From a virus, in IMG/VR virus record IMGVR_UViG_3300027746_000697, positions 52,632 through 116,631 of that record: a stretch of DNA of 64,000 bases; one strand, given 5' to 3'. Shown piece after piece: positions 45,181 to 55,516 of the stretch. Position 1 is the first letter of the stretch. Each line of letters starts with the position of its first letter. A model generated the notes under the pieces. That model searched no databases. It saw only the letters and a program-made list of their open reading frames with translations, and was not told the DNA's origin. Both the position numbers and the translations under genes were made by a program.

Positions 45181-45833
45181 TGTGACATTGAATGTTTAAT
45201 GATTAAATCGTGTGTTCTACGATTTAACTTCACTGTTAAGATTAAGTTGTATAAGTTATCTGAAAAGCTAAAGACACTATGATTTAATTGAAAATTAACA
45301 AAATACAAATGAGCACGTTCAGGCTTAAATATTTGATCGTGTAATATTTGTACGTAATTAAAATCAGAACAGCTACCAAACACACACGACAATCGAAAGT
45401 ACTGTGGCGCAACTCCTGCAAAATCTCTATGGGGAGGAAAATACCCTCCTTGATTTACCTTCAATATATGTACTCGACCAATGTCAGGATAAAATACATC
45501 AACTAAGTCTTTGATTTCTGGAACTGAATAATATACATCTGTGGGAGTTGTAAAATTTTCTTCTTTCATTTCCACATTGTGGTATTTTTGCATATATCCA
45601 AAACTATTAAGATGGTAGTTATCCATAACATCGCCAGTATGGCTAGTTACGGGTAATCCCCAGCGATTGTTATGCACGTCTTTCTTTTCATTATACGGAC
45701 ACCAGTTTTTAGAAAACTTTGCAAGCCCGGTTAACGTTGCAGTTTCGGGTAGTCTTAGATTTAATTTGGAATAACTTCCTAAGTTTGTTAAACTGTTCCA
45801 CAGCATTGCTCTTTCGAATTCTTCGTTAGTCAT
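45177..45833 (-). CDS. Fe(II)/2OG oxygenase-like protein
   Basis: GGYFPPHRD..HSVF. Confidence 0.75.
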   Translation of the reverse strand: MTNEEFERAMLWNSLTNLGSYSKLNLRLPETATLTGLAKFSKNWCPYNEKKDVHNNRWGLPVTSHTGDVMDNYHLNSFGYMQKYHNVEMKEENFTTPTDVYYSVPEIKDLVDVFYPDIGRVHILKVNQGGYFPPHRDFAGVAPQYFRLSCVFGSCSDFNYVQILHDQIFKPERAHLYFVNFQLNHSVFSFSDNLYNLILTVKLNRRTHDLIIKHSMSQ

Positions 45834-46578
45834 ACATCATCCCGTGCGTCATCGAGTAACTTTTACAGGCTAATTTCATTGCTTCTTTATTCCATGTTTT
45901 TCCTAAGGGAGATGCAATAATATGAATACGTGGAACATTGCTAAGATTTCTAACTCCGTGATATCTTGCAACATCTATAATTCTAACATCTCCAGGAACC
46001 CAAGGTACCAATCCTCCGTCTTCCAAACCAAATTCAACTCCGCTTGGGTTAATCATAGCAATGTTAATGCCGCCACCTAACATCTGTCCTTCCCAATCTC
46101 TGTGTGGATTAATATAACCGCCAGCATCTAAAACCATTATTCTAATTCTACTATAACTTGTAAAAGGTATATTGTCTTTAATCCATTGCACAGTCTTTGG
46201 AAAAATGTGGCAAGAATCTGTCCATGTTTCAACGGCATCATTAGAAACTATGCCTTCTTCTTTATAGTAACCGGAGTAATCAGACATTAAAGAAGAATAG
46301 CCATGCAACGTTACGGTGCGCCATCCTTTGCTATCTCCGGCTCTGTGAGGAATTGCAAGTTTGCTTGCTTTGTGTTGCAGTTCTTCTACAACTTCATCTA
46401 TTGATACATTAACATCTAAGCGTAAACAAGCACATTTACTACTTTCTCGTATCCAGTTAAAATAATTTGTTAAAATAGAATCGTCAGTTTGCCAGCCAAT
46501 GAATTCTTTAGGAGCAACTAGCGCATCCTTATTAAATGGGCGAACTCGTTCGTTGTCAAAAAACTGATCTATATCCAT
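45826..46578 (-). CDS. Asp/Asn beta-hydroxylase-like oxygenase
   Basis: GGYINPHRD..HGVRN..RIH. Confidence 0.85.
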   Translation of the reverse strand: MDIDQFFDNERVRPFNKDALVAPKEFIGWQTDDSILTNYFNWIRESSKCACLRLDVNVSIDEVVEELQHKASKLAIPHRAGDSKGWRTVTLHGYSSLMSDYSGYYKEEGIVSNDAVETWTDSCHIFPKTVQWIKDNIPFTSYSRIRIMVLDAGGYINPHRDWEGQMLGGGINIAMINPSGVEFGLEDGGLVPWVPGDVRIIDVARYHGVRNLSNVPRIHIIASPLGKTWNKEAMKLACKSYSMTHGMMYD

Positions 46579-47321
46579 GGCAAGGCTTCAAATCTTTTAT
46601 CTAATTTTTTATTTTGGATATCTTTGGCTCGCACACAGTCAAAAAATTCGCCGTCGGCGGAATCCATTTCGACATACCAGTCAATTTTATCATTTGCAAG
46701 TATTTCAATAAATTGATTTTGCATTTGTAATCGTAACTTTACATCATAAATTAATGCGCTTACGCTATATAAGAAACAATTACTTACAACAAAAAATCCC
46801 TTAGTTCCATTACACGTTGATAAAAACTTTTTAAGTTCATCGGAATTAAAAATATCAAGTTGACTATAAGAAGATACTTCTTTATAAATCCCCATGGATT
46901 TGTGGATAGCTGTTGGACTTATATCGATAACATAATGATTATTACCCAGTAAACCAATGTCTATTGGATTTTTATCTACTTTATCGCCAGCGGCTAGTGA
47001 TATTAGACAATCAAAAGTTTTAAAATGTTCGCTAGGTATACGAATTCTATCTTCTGTATTATTTGTAAAGTATACATTAAAATTAAAAATGTCGTTTACA
47101 ACGTGGGTGTCTTTAACAGTATATGTTAATTCACTAGTAGGAAACAATGAACCAACTTCTGCTTGCTCTAAATGAGGCTCGGCACCGTTGGCACAATAAA
47201 ATACTTCGTACCCTTTGTTTAATAGGAATGCTGTATTGTATTCAGTAATAGATTTTGCCATTTCATTAAGGCTTCGATTGTGGTAATCTTTGTGTAACCA
47301 AAAAAATTCTTTTTGACTCAT
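46569..47321 (-). CDS. Hypothetical protein
   Basis: ORF in operon. Confidence 0.7.
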   Translation of the reverse strand: MSQKEFFWLHKDYHNRSLNEMAKSITEYNTAFLLNKGYEVFYCANGAEPHLEQAEVGSLFPTSELTYTVKDTHVVNDIFNFNVYFTNNTEDRIRIPSEHFKTFDCLISLAAGDKVDKNPIDIGLLGNNHYVIDISPTAIHKSMGIYKEVSSYSQLDIFNSDELKKFLSTCNGTKGFFVVSNCFLYSVSALIYDVKLRLQMQNQFIEILANDKIDWYVEMDSADGEFFDCVRAKDIQNKKLDKRFEALPWI

Positions 47322-47366
47322 ATCATCCCTATAAATAGTCGGTGAACATATTTATAGGTACCGTTA

Positions 47367-47954
47367 ATGAATTATAATATTTCTGACAAAGTAATACCAG
47401 ATATTATCAACCCATCGGAGTTTGATAAACAACAAGTATTTGGTGATAATACTAGTAGCGGCCACGTAATTATACGTACATCAAAAAACGAACAATTACT
47501 TTATTTAGATTATGCAGGAATTGGCGGAGCACCGTTGTACATAGGATTAACTAAATCAAGAGGGGACCAGATTAACAAGTTACCAATTGGTGCAGACGAT
47601 ATGATAGGTGGCTTACAGGTATACGCACGAACTACGCCTGGTAATAGTTTAGGCTACTGCCAGGAAGAAACACCACTGGCGGGTGGTTTGCATTTTAAAG
47701 TGTCCAGTGATTATTGTGGAACCGGGTCAGTACCAACAGAATTTTTGTTAGCATTAACCAACACTGATGGCATGTCAATCAAATTAAAAGTTGATGCAGA
47801 AGGCAACTTACAAACAGCCGGTAATATTACATCTGGGAATTTAACTATAACTGATCAAGAAGTTATCGGCATGCATCTGCCAACCAAATTTGTAAAAGCA
47901 ATACTCGCTGGTGTTGAGTATGCTATAGCACTGCACCCAATTCTGGAAAAATAG
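47367..47954 (+). CDS. Hypothetical tail-fibre-domain-like protein
   Basis: KSRG..DMIGGLQV segment resembles MRGT..DGLGSVQF of 31191-32429. Confidence 0.5.
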   Translation: MNYNISDKVIPDIINPSEFDKQQVFGDNTSSGHVIIRTSKNEQLLYLDYAGIGGAPLYIGLTKSRGDQINKLPIGADDMIGGLQVYARTTPGNSLGYCQEETPLAGGLHFKVSSDYCGTGSVPTEFLLALTNTDGMSIKLKVDAEGNLQTAGNITSGNLTITDQEVIGMHLPTKFVKAILAGVEYAIALHPILEK

Positions 47955-49227
47955 TTCTAAAATCAATTCCACGCTGTTGATCGCACTGTTCTAAATATTC
48001 AATAGTTATTGGTAACTTGCTTGACCAATCTTCTGCCATCATGTACTGCACTAACCCAAGCCATCGTTGTTGCCCATATGGATTGTTTATAAATTCAGGA
48101 TCAGACATTCTACGAGAACAAAAATACTCTATTCTTTTTTGCACAGTCTTTTTCAATGCTGGTGGCAATACTCTTATATTTAAATAACTAGGAAGATAAA
48201 CCAAATGGGTTCCAATTAATCCTGCGCCATAAGGAGGCAAATTAATTTTCTTAAAATTCATGCTTTCTTTCCAATGCACTAGTTCAGTTATGTTCAATAT
48301 ATTTAATAGCTGAACTGCACAGGCAATGTTTACTGTGATGTTGTTAGGAGTATCGTCCAATCGTATTATGTTAGCAACAACATCATTCCATTTACTAGGG
48401 TAACGAATATAGTCGTTACGTGCTTCGATAGAATCAACACTAAAATTAAACTTAACTTCTTTAAAGTGTTTCCACAACTCAAACAATTTTTCAGGCAGTT
48501 CTAATCCATTAGAATTATAACGCACAACACATAATTTTGCGGCACCAGTTTCTACCATAAACTCTAAAATCTTATAGTGTTCGGGTATTAACAACGGTTC
48601 TCCTCCTGCAAAATACAGCTCCCTGATGTTATATGCGTTTGAACGCATATCTTTTAAAAACGTGCCTTTTTGATACCATGTGTAATCAAAGTCTACATTC
48701 CAACTTTGATCTTGTTTTAATTCCTGTATTTTATATTTTGGATATTGTACTTTCCAATCCTTAATCCAACTACTGCTATCGTGTGGACTGCACATGATAC
48801 ATTTTAATTGGCAAAGATTTCCTAATCGTAAATCAAAGTAAGGAATAGAAACTGGTAACGATCCGTCTCCAGCTGTTTGATCTACGATTGATTTTAAATC
48901 TAAACGCTCTGACCATACTTGAGTTTCCCAATTGCGTTTGCTTTTAATACCTTGTGCTTCTTCTTTAAAACACTTTTCACAACTAGTTGGAATTTTATTA
49001 GACAACATGGCTAATCGTATATTTTTCATATACTGGCTATTCCATATTTCACCAATAGTGTGTGTTTTAAGATTGAGATTTTCAGTACCTTCTTTAACTA
49101 GCCCGGCATCCTTAATATCTATAATGCCAGCTCCGCTAGCATTTGCTGTACAGCAAACACGCACATCGCCATTGGGACGAGTGGCAAGATGTATAAATGG
49201 TAACGGGCATAGTGTAGAAGAGGTCAT
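47923..49227 (-). CDS. Twitch-domain radical SAM enzyme
   Basis: CPLPF..CC, CQLKCIMC, AGGEP. Confidence 0.92.
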   Translation of the reverse strand: MTSSTLCPLPFIHLATRPNGDVRVCCTANASGAGIIDIKDAGLVKEGTENLNLKTHTIGEIWNSQYMKNIRLAMLSNKIPTSCEKCFKEEAQGIKSKRNWETQVWSERLDLKSIVDQTAGDGSLPVSIPYFDLRLGNLCQLKCIMCSPHDSSSWIKDWKVQYPKYKIQELKQDQSWNVDFDYTWYQKGTFLKDMRSNAYNIRELYFAGGEPLLIPEHYKILEFMVETGAAKLCVVRYNSNGLELPEKLFELWKHFKEVKFNFSVDSIEARNDYIRYPSKWNDVVANIIRLDDTPNNITVNIACAVQLLNILNITELVHWKESMNFKKINLPPYGAGLIGTHLVYLPSYLNIRVLPPALKKTVQKRIEYFCSRRMSDPEFINNPYGQQRWLGLVQYMMAEDWSSKLPITIEYLEQCDQQRGIDFRTIFPELGAVL

Positions 49228-50210
49228 GTTATAAACTGTGCTCCCTGTTTGTCAAAGGACCCGCATTGTTTAGAACATTCTTTAAGCCCTGATGAATTCC
49301 AACATTTTTCAATTTTGTTAAAGTATCCTGACTGGAAAATTTCAGCAAGTGTTTGTGTTTTTAAATTTGGCATGTCAAATATCTTGTCCATATAATCGTT
49401 TCTAGATGTAGACATGGGTGGCATCCATTCCATGTCTAGCCAACAACATGGCGACACCACTCCTGTCGCACTGATGTATAATTGAGAATCTCGTTTAGCT
49501 TTACAAGTAATTGTTGGCAACTCTTCTTTCTGCGCAGTCTTAACCATCTCTACCATAGCTTCGCTTCTGTTGGTAGGATATAATATATGGGTAGTTCTTC
49601 CAAGCTCATCTAGAACATTAAATTTGCCGTCTTTGAATCGGCTAGTATGTTTTGTAAAGAAATCTTTGAAACCTAGTTCAACACTTAGTTGTTTACATTC
49701 TTCAACTTGATGCATGTTGTGTTCAAATACTAACATATCCCATCTAGCATCGCCTCCTGCGGCTATAAATGCTTTAGCATTTGTTATAATAACATGCCAG
49801 TCTGTAGATATTCTGTACAAGTGATGTGTGTCTGCTAATCCGTCAATGCCAAATATAACTCTCACATTTTGCTTTGCAATATCTTCCCACCATTTTAATG
49901 ATCTAGCACTTCCGTTAGTGTGCATTTGTAACGACATGGTTGGATTATTCAATCTTAGATATTTAAAAACTTCCAATGTATCTTTTGCAACTACAGGATC
50001 TCCTAAGTTGCCACACATGGTAAGATGATTTAACTGCTTGATAAAATCAATATCAAACCAAGAAGTAAATTGTTCTAACGTAATTTCATCCAGTGTAATA
50101 AATGGATCCAATACGCCGCCTGCGATTCGTCTAGGACACATAGGGCATTTAGCTTGACATTTGCTAGTAATCTCAAGGTGTATATTTTTAATATCATTAT
50201 AATTGTACAT
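49224..50210 (-). CDS. Radical SAM/SPASM enzyme
   Basis: CQAKCPMC; C-terminal PCC..CSKQC. Confidence 0.9.
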   Translation of the reverse strand: MYNYNDIKNIHLEITSKCQAKCPMCPRRIAGGVLDPFITLDEITLEQFTSWFDIDFIKQLNHLTMCGNLGDPVVAKDTLEVFKYLRLNNPTMSLQMHTNGSARSLKWWEDIAKQNVRVIFGIDGLADTHHLYRISTDWHVIITNAKAFIAAGGDARWDMLVFEHNMHQVEECKQLSVELGFKDFFTKHTSRFKDGKFNVLDELGRTTHILYPTNRSEAMVEMVKTAQKEELPTITCKAKRDSQLYISATGVVSPCCWLDMEWMPPMSTSRNDYMDKIFDMPNLKTQTLAEIFQSGYFNKIEKCWNSSGLKECSKQCGSFDKQGAQFIT

Positions 50211-51213
50211 TGTTATTCCTCTTTGTCACCCGTATATCTGATGTACAATCACACCATATCTTCTTACATTTAATAGGAGCAACTAACTCGGGTTTGAATT
50301 TAGAAATAAAATCAGGATCGTTTATATTTAAACTTGTATTAAAAATCTGTTCGCCGCAGTTACCTTCTACTTCACCTGCATAATTAATTCCAAGCCTGTC
50401 AAGGCCTACATTGCAATCCCAACCATAAAATTTATTCCACCCGTTTTCCATTAGTCGAAAAGAATCATAAGGTTCTTCAGTGCCATTTGAAAATATTACT
50501 TTTGCTTCTTTTTTATCAGTCTCGTCTATCTTACCAGCATTTTTCATGCGCATTACATATTCATCAGACGGGCGTTTTTTAACAGTATCTCTCATAAAAT
50601 CAAAATGTTCATTTTGATAATTTGTCATTACTTCTCCAGTTAACGGATCTGTGAGCAACACAGTTTTAACAAGCCACGGAGTTGGATGATTGACTAATTG
50701 ATTTAACATACCCATACTAACGTCCCACGCTAGTGGATCCATTAATACTCGGCCTGCACAGAACGCATCTGTTTCTTTGTATATCAAATCTAATAATTCT
50801 ATAATATGAGCAACATCACATTGTTCTCGGTGTACACTAATCTGTATATCGTCAAAATATTTGGCATACTCTTTCCACCAACGTATAGTCCGTGAACCGT
50901 TAGTATTAAGTGTAACACGGCAATCAGTAGATTCGTGTATGCGTTTAACAAACTCTCCTAATTCGGGCCACAAAGTCGGCTCGCCGCCCGATAAGGACAA
51001 TCGTATATTTGTTTTATTAAAATGAATTTTATAAGTTGATATTAGATGTTCTATATTCTTACAAATTAATTCTAAATTTGGAGGAAATCTATGTTTCCCG
51101 TCGTGAGAACCAGGCCAACAATAATTACATTCATAATTACAAGTGGAAGTTAACGACCATGTGATATACAAATAGTCGTTATGATTAAAATTAACAATAG
51201 CAATTGGTTTCAT
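50197..51213 (-). CDS. Radical SAM enzyme
   Basis: CNYECNYC, SGGEPT. Confidence 0.9.
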   Translation of the reverse strand: MKPIAIVNFNHNDYLYITWSLTSTCNYECNYCWPGSHDGKHRFPPNLELICKNIEHLISTYKIHFNKTNIRLSLSGGEPTLWPELGEFVKRIHESTDCRVTLNTNGSRTIRWWKEYAKYFDDIQISVHREQCDVAHIIELLDLIYKETDAFCAGRVLMDPLAWDVSMGMLNQLVNHPTPWLVKTVLLTDPLTGEVMTNYQNEHFDFMRDTVKKRPSDEYVMRMKNAGKIDETDKKEAKVIFSNGTEEPYDSFRLMENGWNKFYGWDCNVGLDRLGINYAGEVEGNCGEQIFNTSLNINDPDFISKFKPELVAPIKCKKIWCDCTSDIRVTKRNNNVQL

Positions 51214-52100
51214 ATTATCCTAGATTTTTTTAATAACGACGGCACATCATTGATTATAAGTAAGTTTATACCTATAATGGTTTTATAATTGCATAACATC
51301 CTAACCCAGTCAGATCTTTCTGGAACGTAGAAGCTATTCCAAGATTGCGGCATCACCATCTTACCTAGTAACAAATATCCAATAGCCATATCGGGTGTTA
51401 TAGATTTTCCCGGACATGTATCAGTAAACCATTGTATAAATTTGTTTAATCGGTAAAACGGAGATGGGCTCGGTGGACGGAATACAAGATACCCACCTGC
51501 TTCTAAATGCGTTTCTGCTTGTAACTGGCCATCAGTTAAACTATTAGGATCGTTATCAGATTGTAATTCTAACCAATGTTTTCCTTTATGGGTATAGTTC
51601 ATGCATAAGTCTCCAAATTCCCTGTCAGCTTTAAAAAATAAAAAATCTTCACTTGTTAACGGAATTAGGTTCCTAGGTTCAAATCTAAAATATGCATTAA
51701 CACGGGGCTCACTATTAATTTGAATCTTATATTGTTCATACGAATGTATGCTGTCGTTAATGATTTTCCACAACTCGCAATTAACAGGAACCGTTGCTCT
51801 ATGTAACAAATTTAAATCTGAGTCTGATGTAATTACAGGAATATTGATTTCGTATTTTTTGTTTATTTTATCAACTGTATTGTTTATAGTTTTTAATAGT
51901 ACAACTTCATCGTCCTTGGATACATTGAAACTGGTATCGCTTATAAATAAATTTTTATTATTAATAGCATCGGTTAACAACTTGTAAAACTTATTGGCTG
52001 CTGGCCAATCGTACATTGCATAAAACAAACTAATATTTTCAGAGCCATTAGAAAATACAATTTCAATTCCTGGCCGGTTGTTGTAAATGTCATACTCCAT
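51210..52100 (-). CDS. Hypothetical protein
   Basis: ORF; start reassigned to MEYDIY. Confidence 0.7.
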   Translation of the reverse strand: MEYDIYNNRPGIEIVFSNGSENISLFYAMYDWPAANKFYKLLTDAINNKNLFISDTSFNVSKDDEVVLLKTINNTVDKINKKYEINIPVITSDSDLNLLHRATVPVNCELWKIINDSIHSYEQYKIQINSEPRVNAYFRFEPRNLIPLTSEDFLFFKADREFGDLCMNYTHKGKHWLELQSDNDPNSLTDGQLQAETHLEAGGYLVFRPPSPSPFYRLNKFIQWFTDTCPGKSITPDMAIGYLLLGKMVMPQSWNSFYVPERSDWVRMLCNYKTIIGINLLIINDVPSLLKKSRII

Positions 52101-52714
52101 TATACTTTTCCTATAATCATCCATCGTTTGTATAATGGTAATTCTAGTTCGCCAGCCCATAGTACATTGATATCACATTGTTTCTTAAACTCTTCTAAAC
52201 TGCTAGCTGTACGAACATGCTCTGGAATATTATAATTATTACTTTGTAATACAAGTAACGAGTTGTGAGGAACTCCAGACTTCCATAAGTCATATTGATC
52301 TTGCGTAATATGTTCGCAACTGGTATTGATTATGATATTTGCATCGCTTCTTATAGCACACATATCCAAAGTAACTGCTTTAAACTGCCCTTGCATTTCT
52401 TCTTGCTTATTCATCATAGTAGCAATTGGTTCGCATACTGGATCTATATCAATGCTACGAATGTTGGCAACAGGAATTCTACTTTGAAATAACATACTGG
52501 CCAGCACTCCAACCCACCCGCCATGAATATCAATGGAAAACGGCTTGGGCATTGTACAATCAACTTTTGGATGTACTGCTAGTTCCAATGCATCTATCAA
52601 CCATTCTTTGCTTTTAAGTTGTCCACTCCAAAACGCATCCATGGTCCGCATAGGATCAGGGCTTTGTCGGATAGCTTGCATCCAATAGTGTAAGTGTTCT
52701 GTATCAATTTTCAT
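52100..52714 (-). CDS. Class I methyltransferase-like protein
   Basis: GGWVG..SIDID..INTSCEH. Confidence 0.7.
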   Translation of the reverse strand: MKIDTEHLHYWMQAIRQSPDPMRTMDAFWSGQLKSKEWLIDALELAVHPKVDCTMPKPFSIDIHGGWVGVLASMLFQSRIPVANIRSIDIDPVCEPIATMMNKQEEMQGQFKAVTLDMCAIRSDANIIINTSCEHITQDQYDLWKSGVPHNSLLVLQSNNYNIPEHVRTASSLEEFKKQCDINVLWAGELELPLYKRWMIIGKV

Positions 52715-53996
52715 AACAATACTCTAACCAAGATATCATCTCGGGGAAAATTTCTCTAGCATTTAAATTCCGTTGCGTTATTATATTAGTTTCCCAACAA
52801 GCAAACTGTTGTAAATCTGCTGTAGTATGTTTTCCAAAACTATTACCAATGCCTTTTAAAAAGGCAATATAGTGATTCCATTCCGGCGCATCAGTTTCAA
52901 TCCACAAACACACTTCATCTATGTATATATTAAAATCCGGAGTTAGCATCCACGGCGCAAGTTGCCCTGGGGAAACAATACTAGTTCGAATTAGATCTAC
53001 GTCAATGTTATGTTTATCCGATAATCTTTTAATCCATTTTAATAAATCTAAACAACTGGTAATACTCATAGCTGAATGAGTGATACTAAATCTAATTTCA
53101 CTTGCACCTGATTTAGAAAATTCTAAAATTTTATCTACGTTACTGGAAAATCTATCCCAGTTTAAATTAGTTCTTATGTACTCTGCTTTATTTCCGTATC
53201 CTTCTATGCTAATATGAAATTGTATAGATACTACGTCATTCAATTCTTTTATTTTTTCAAACCACTTAGTTAAATATTTTTCAGGAGTGTTACCATTTGT
53301 AAGAATAACCAACTCAGGTTTAACATTAAATTTATTTGGATTAGATTTTATTAACGGAATAAACTTGTCTATAAAATTATAAAATTCTGGTTGTATAAGA
53401 GGTTCCCCTCCTAAAATATAATATTGTAATAGCGTATTGGTACCATCTTCCTCAAGCCATTTCCAAAAAGCATCTTCAAACCCTGCAGGCGCAGTGTTTT
53501 GTTTTTTAGATGTAACATTAAATTTTTTATCTTCAGCTTCCCATTGAGAACTAAATGCACTACTACAATATATACATTTTAAATCACACGTATTATTAAA
53601 TGCAATTTCTATCATAGTTGGCATGGGTGTCAAATTGTTGGTAATTTCAGGAAACCGATCCTTGTGCATTTTATAATACGGTTCGGGCAATCTGCAACTG
53701 CGAACATTTTTAGATTCGCTATTCCAACAATTTTGGCATTCTGGATTTTTTATGTTGTTTAATTTGTCTTGCCTGGTATTGATTTCATATTCGCTGTTAG
53801 TGAATACATCTTTACCATATTTAGAAATATCATCACTGGTAATATACCTATGGGGAACATTGTGACACCCTTTAACAACTCCTTCTCCCAAGTGAACATA
53901 CAGGTAAATCCACTTCATAGCACACATAGCGGCATTATCAAACTCTTTTTCAAGTTTGGGAAATGTTTTTATGTAATCTCTAAAAGTTATTTGCAT
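52704..53996 (-). CDS. Twitch-domain radical SAM enzyme
   Basis: CDLKCIYC, LGGEP. Confidence 0.9.
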   Translation of the reverse strand: MQITFRDYIKTFPKLEKEFDNAAMCAMKWIYLYVHLGEGVVKGCHNVPHRYITSDDISKYGKDVFTNSEYEINTRQDKLNNIKNPECQNCWNSESKNVRSCRLPEPYYKMHKDRFPEITNNLTPMPTMIEIAFNNTCDLKCIYCSSAFSSQWEAEDKKFNVTSKKQNTAPAGFEDAFWKWLEEDGTNTLLQYYILGGEPLIQPEFYNFIDKFIPLIKSNPNKFNVKPELVILTNGNTPEKYLTKWFEKIKELNDVVSIQFHISIEGYGNKAEYIRTNLNWDRFSSNVDKILEFSKSGASEIRFSITHSAMSITSCLDLLKWIKRLSDKHNIDVDLIRTSIVSPGQLAPWMLTPDFNIYIDEVCLWIETDAPEWNHYIAFLKGIGNSFGKHTTADLQQFACWETNIITQRNLNAREIFPEMISWLEYCYEN

Positions 53997-54958
53997 TTTG
54001 GTATCTTTGAATCTGCACTACTAACACAACTAGGTGTAGTACAGCGTTTAGGTTCTGTAAATAAATCAAAGCTGTCTAGCGTACCTAATGGCACATCGTG
54101 ACAACTGTAACTTCTTTTAACCTCATTACCTCTTATTATAACACTTTGATAGCCAGCATTGCAAGACCAGTTGGTGAATTTATTGAAACCAAACGCATTG
54201 AATCTTTCGGCTTGATCAAACAAATATTCGTTATTGTCTGCATCGTATAATGCTATTTGATAAGCGTCTTCTCCGTTTGCACGTTGTGGAAACCCTGTTT
54301 GCATTTTGTATATCATATCCTCAGTGTAGCCCGCTACTACCGCACTCGCTGTAGGATCGCTTTGGGGCTTTAATGTGACATTAATGCCGCGTTTATGGAA
54401 TCGTTCCATGCGAGCATACAACTCGTCAAACTTTTCAGGAACCATTACTTGATTGATTGTAACATGTACAAGTTCGTATTGTAACTGTAAACATTTGTCG
54501 CCAAACTCTTGCTCCTTGGCAAACTCATCGTGAAAGCTGGCTGTAATGCTTCTACGCTGTAATAATGCAGTATTGGCACACCAGGTATTCCACCATTTTG
54601 ATCCGGGACTCAAATTAGTGGTCATATGTATACTTTGATAAGGGCTTTCAGTTTCGTCTAAGTGTTTTATTAATTCTGGAAATTGTTTGTATGCTGTGGG
54701 CTCGCCCCCGCTGAAGCTCCAGTGGAACTGATCAAATCCATTGGCTCGTGCTTGACGCTTGATTTCGTCTACTGTAGATTTATATACTTCAAGTGGTTGG
54801 TGGTCCAACTTGTCACTGCGGGCATATGGCCAACAGTAACTACAATTATAATTGCAAAATCTACCCAAAATCCAACTGGTGGAAAATAATGGTTTGGTTA
54901 ACATTGTGCGTTGTCCAAACCGCACAATATGTTCGAATGGAATATCTGTAAAGTTCAT
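53987..54958 (-). CDS. Radical SAM enzyme
   Basis: CNYNCSYC, SGGEPT. Confidence 0.9.
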   Translation of the reverse strand: MNFTDIPFEHIVRFGQRTMLTKPLFSTSWILGRFCNYNCSYCWPYARSDKLDHQPLEVYKSTVDEIKRQARANGFDQFHWSFSGGEPTAYKQFPELIKHLDETESPYQSIHMTTNLSPGSKWWNTWCANTALLQRRSITASFHDEFAKEQEFGDKCLQLQYELVHVTINQVMVPEKFDELYARMERFHKRGINVTLKPQSDPTASAVVAGYTEDMIYKMQTGFPQRANGEDAYQIALYDADNNEYLFDQAERFNAFGFNKFTNWSCNAGYQSVIIRGNEVKRSYSCHDVPLGTLDSFDLFTEPKRCTTPSCVSSADSKIPKCK

Positions 54959-55050
54959 TGCGTATATTTAACCGCTATATCGTTAGCCAAAAAATTATAA
55001 GGTCACCAAAAGCATTTGACTTTGATACAGAATGACTATATAATTACATT

Positions 55051-55146
55051 GTGGATGTGAGTGGAATATGGTAGACCTCCAGCTTGCTGGGAACAGGGCT
55101 AGGCTATTAGCTGCCTTTGTAGGTTCGAATCCTACCATCCGCACCA
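55051..55146 (+). ncRNA. tRNA-like RNA (Leu-type scaffold) with a 24-nt insert replacing the anticodon loop
   Basis: GTGGATG/CATCCGC-A-CCA, intact T-arm, CAGCT/AGCTG stem; promoter TTGACT-17-TATAAT at 55016-44. Confidence 0.7.
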
Positions 55147-55177
55147 TTTTTAATTACACACACAGAAAGAGGCAAGT

Positions 55178-55516
55178 ATGAAAAAGGCACTGGTAATATT
55201 GTTAATGTTTGCAGGAACAGTTCATGCCACCGAACGGTTCTCAACAGATGCTAATTTTGTTAGTACTAGTACCATCAAGTGGGTACAAGTTAGTAATGTT
55301 TTTGAAGCATGTGACACTGAAAGTAAGAAACGTGGTAATGGTGGGTTCGCCAGACTAGGTGCGGGTCAAAAAATGGACGGCTGTTCTTTTTGGTCAAGAA
55401 CTGATGCATCCAATCCAAACGCAAATATTTGCACTATAATTACTGCAAGAACAACAGATCACGAAACTGTAGGTCACGAAGTACGTCATTGTTTTCAAGG
55501 CAATTTTCATAAATGA
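55178..55516 (+). CDS. Exported protein with HEXXH motif
   Basis: Signal peptide; GHEVRHC. Confidence 0.7.
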   Translation: MKKALVILLMFAGTVHATERFSTDANFVSTSTIKWVQVSNVFEACDTESKKRGNGGFARLGAGQKMDGCSFWSRTDASNPNANICTIITARTTDHETVGHEVRHCFQGNFHK

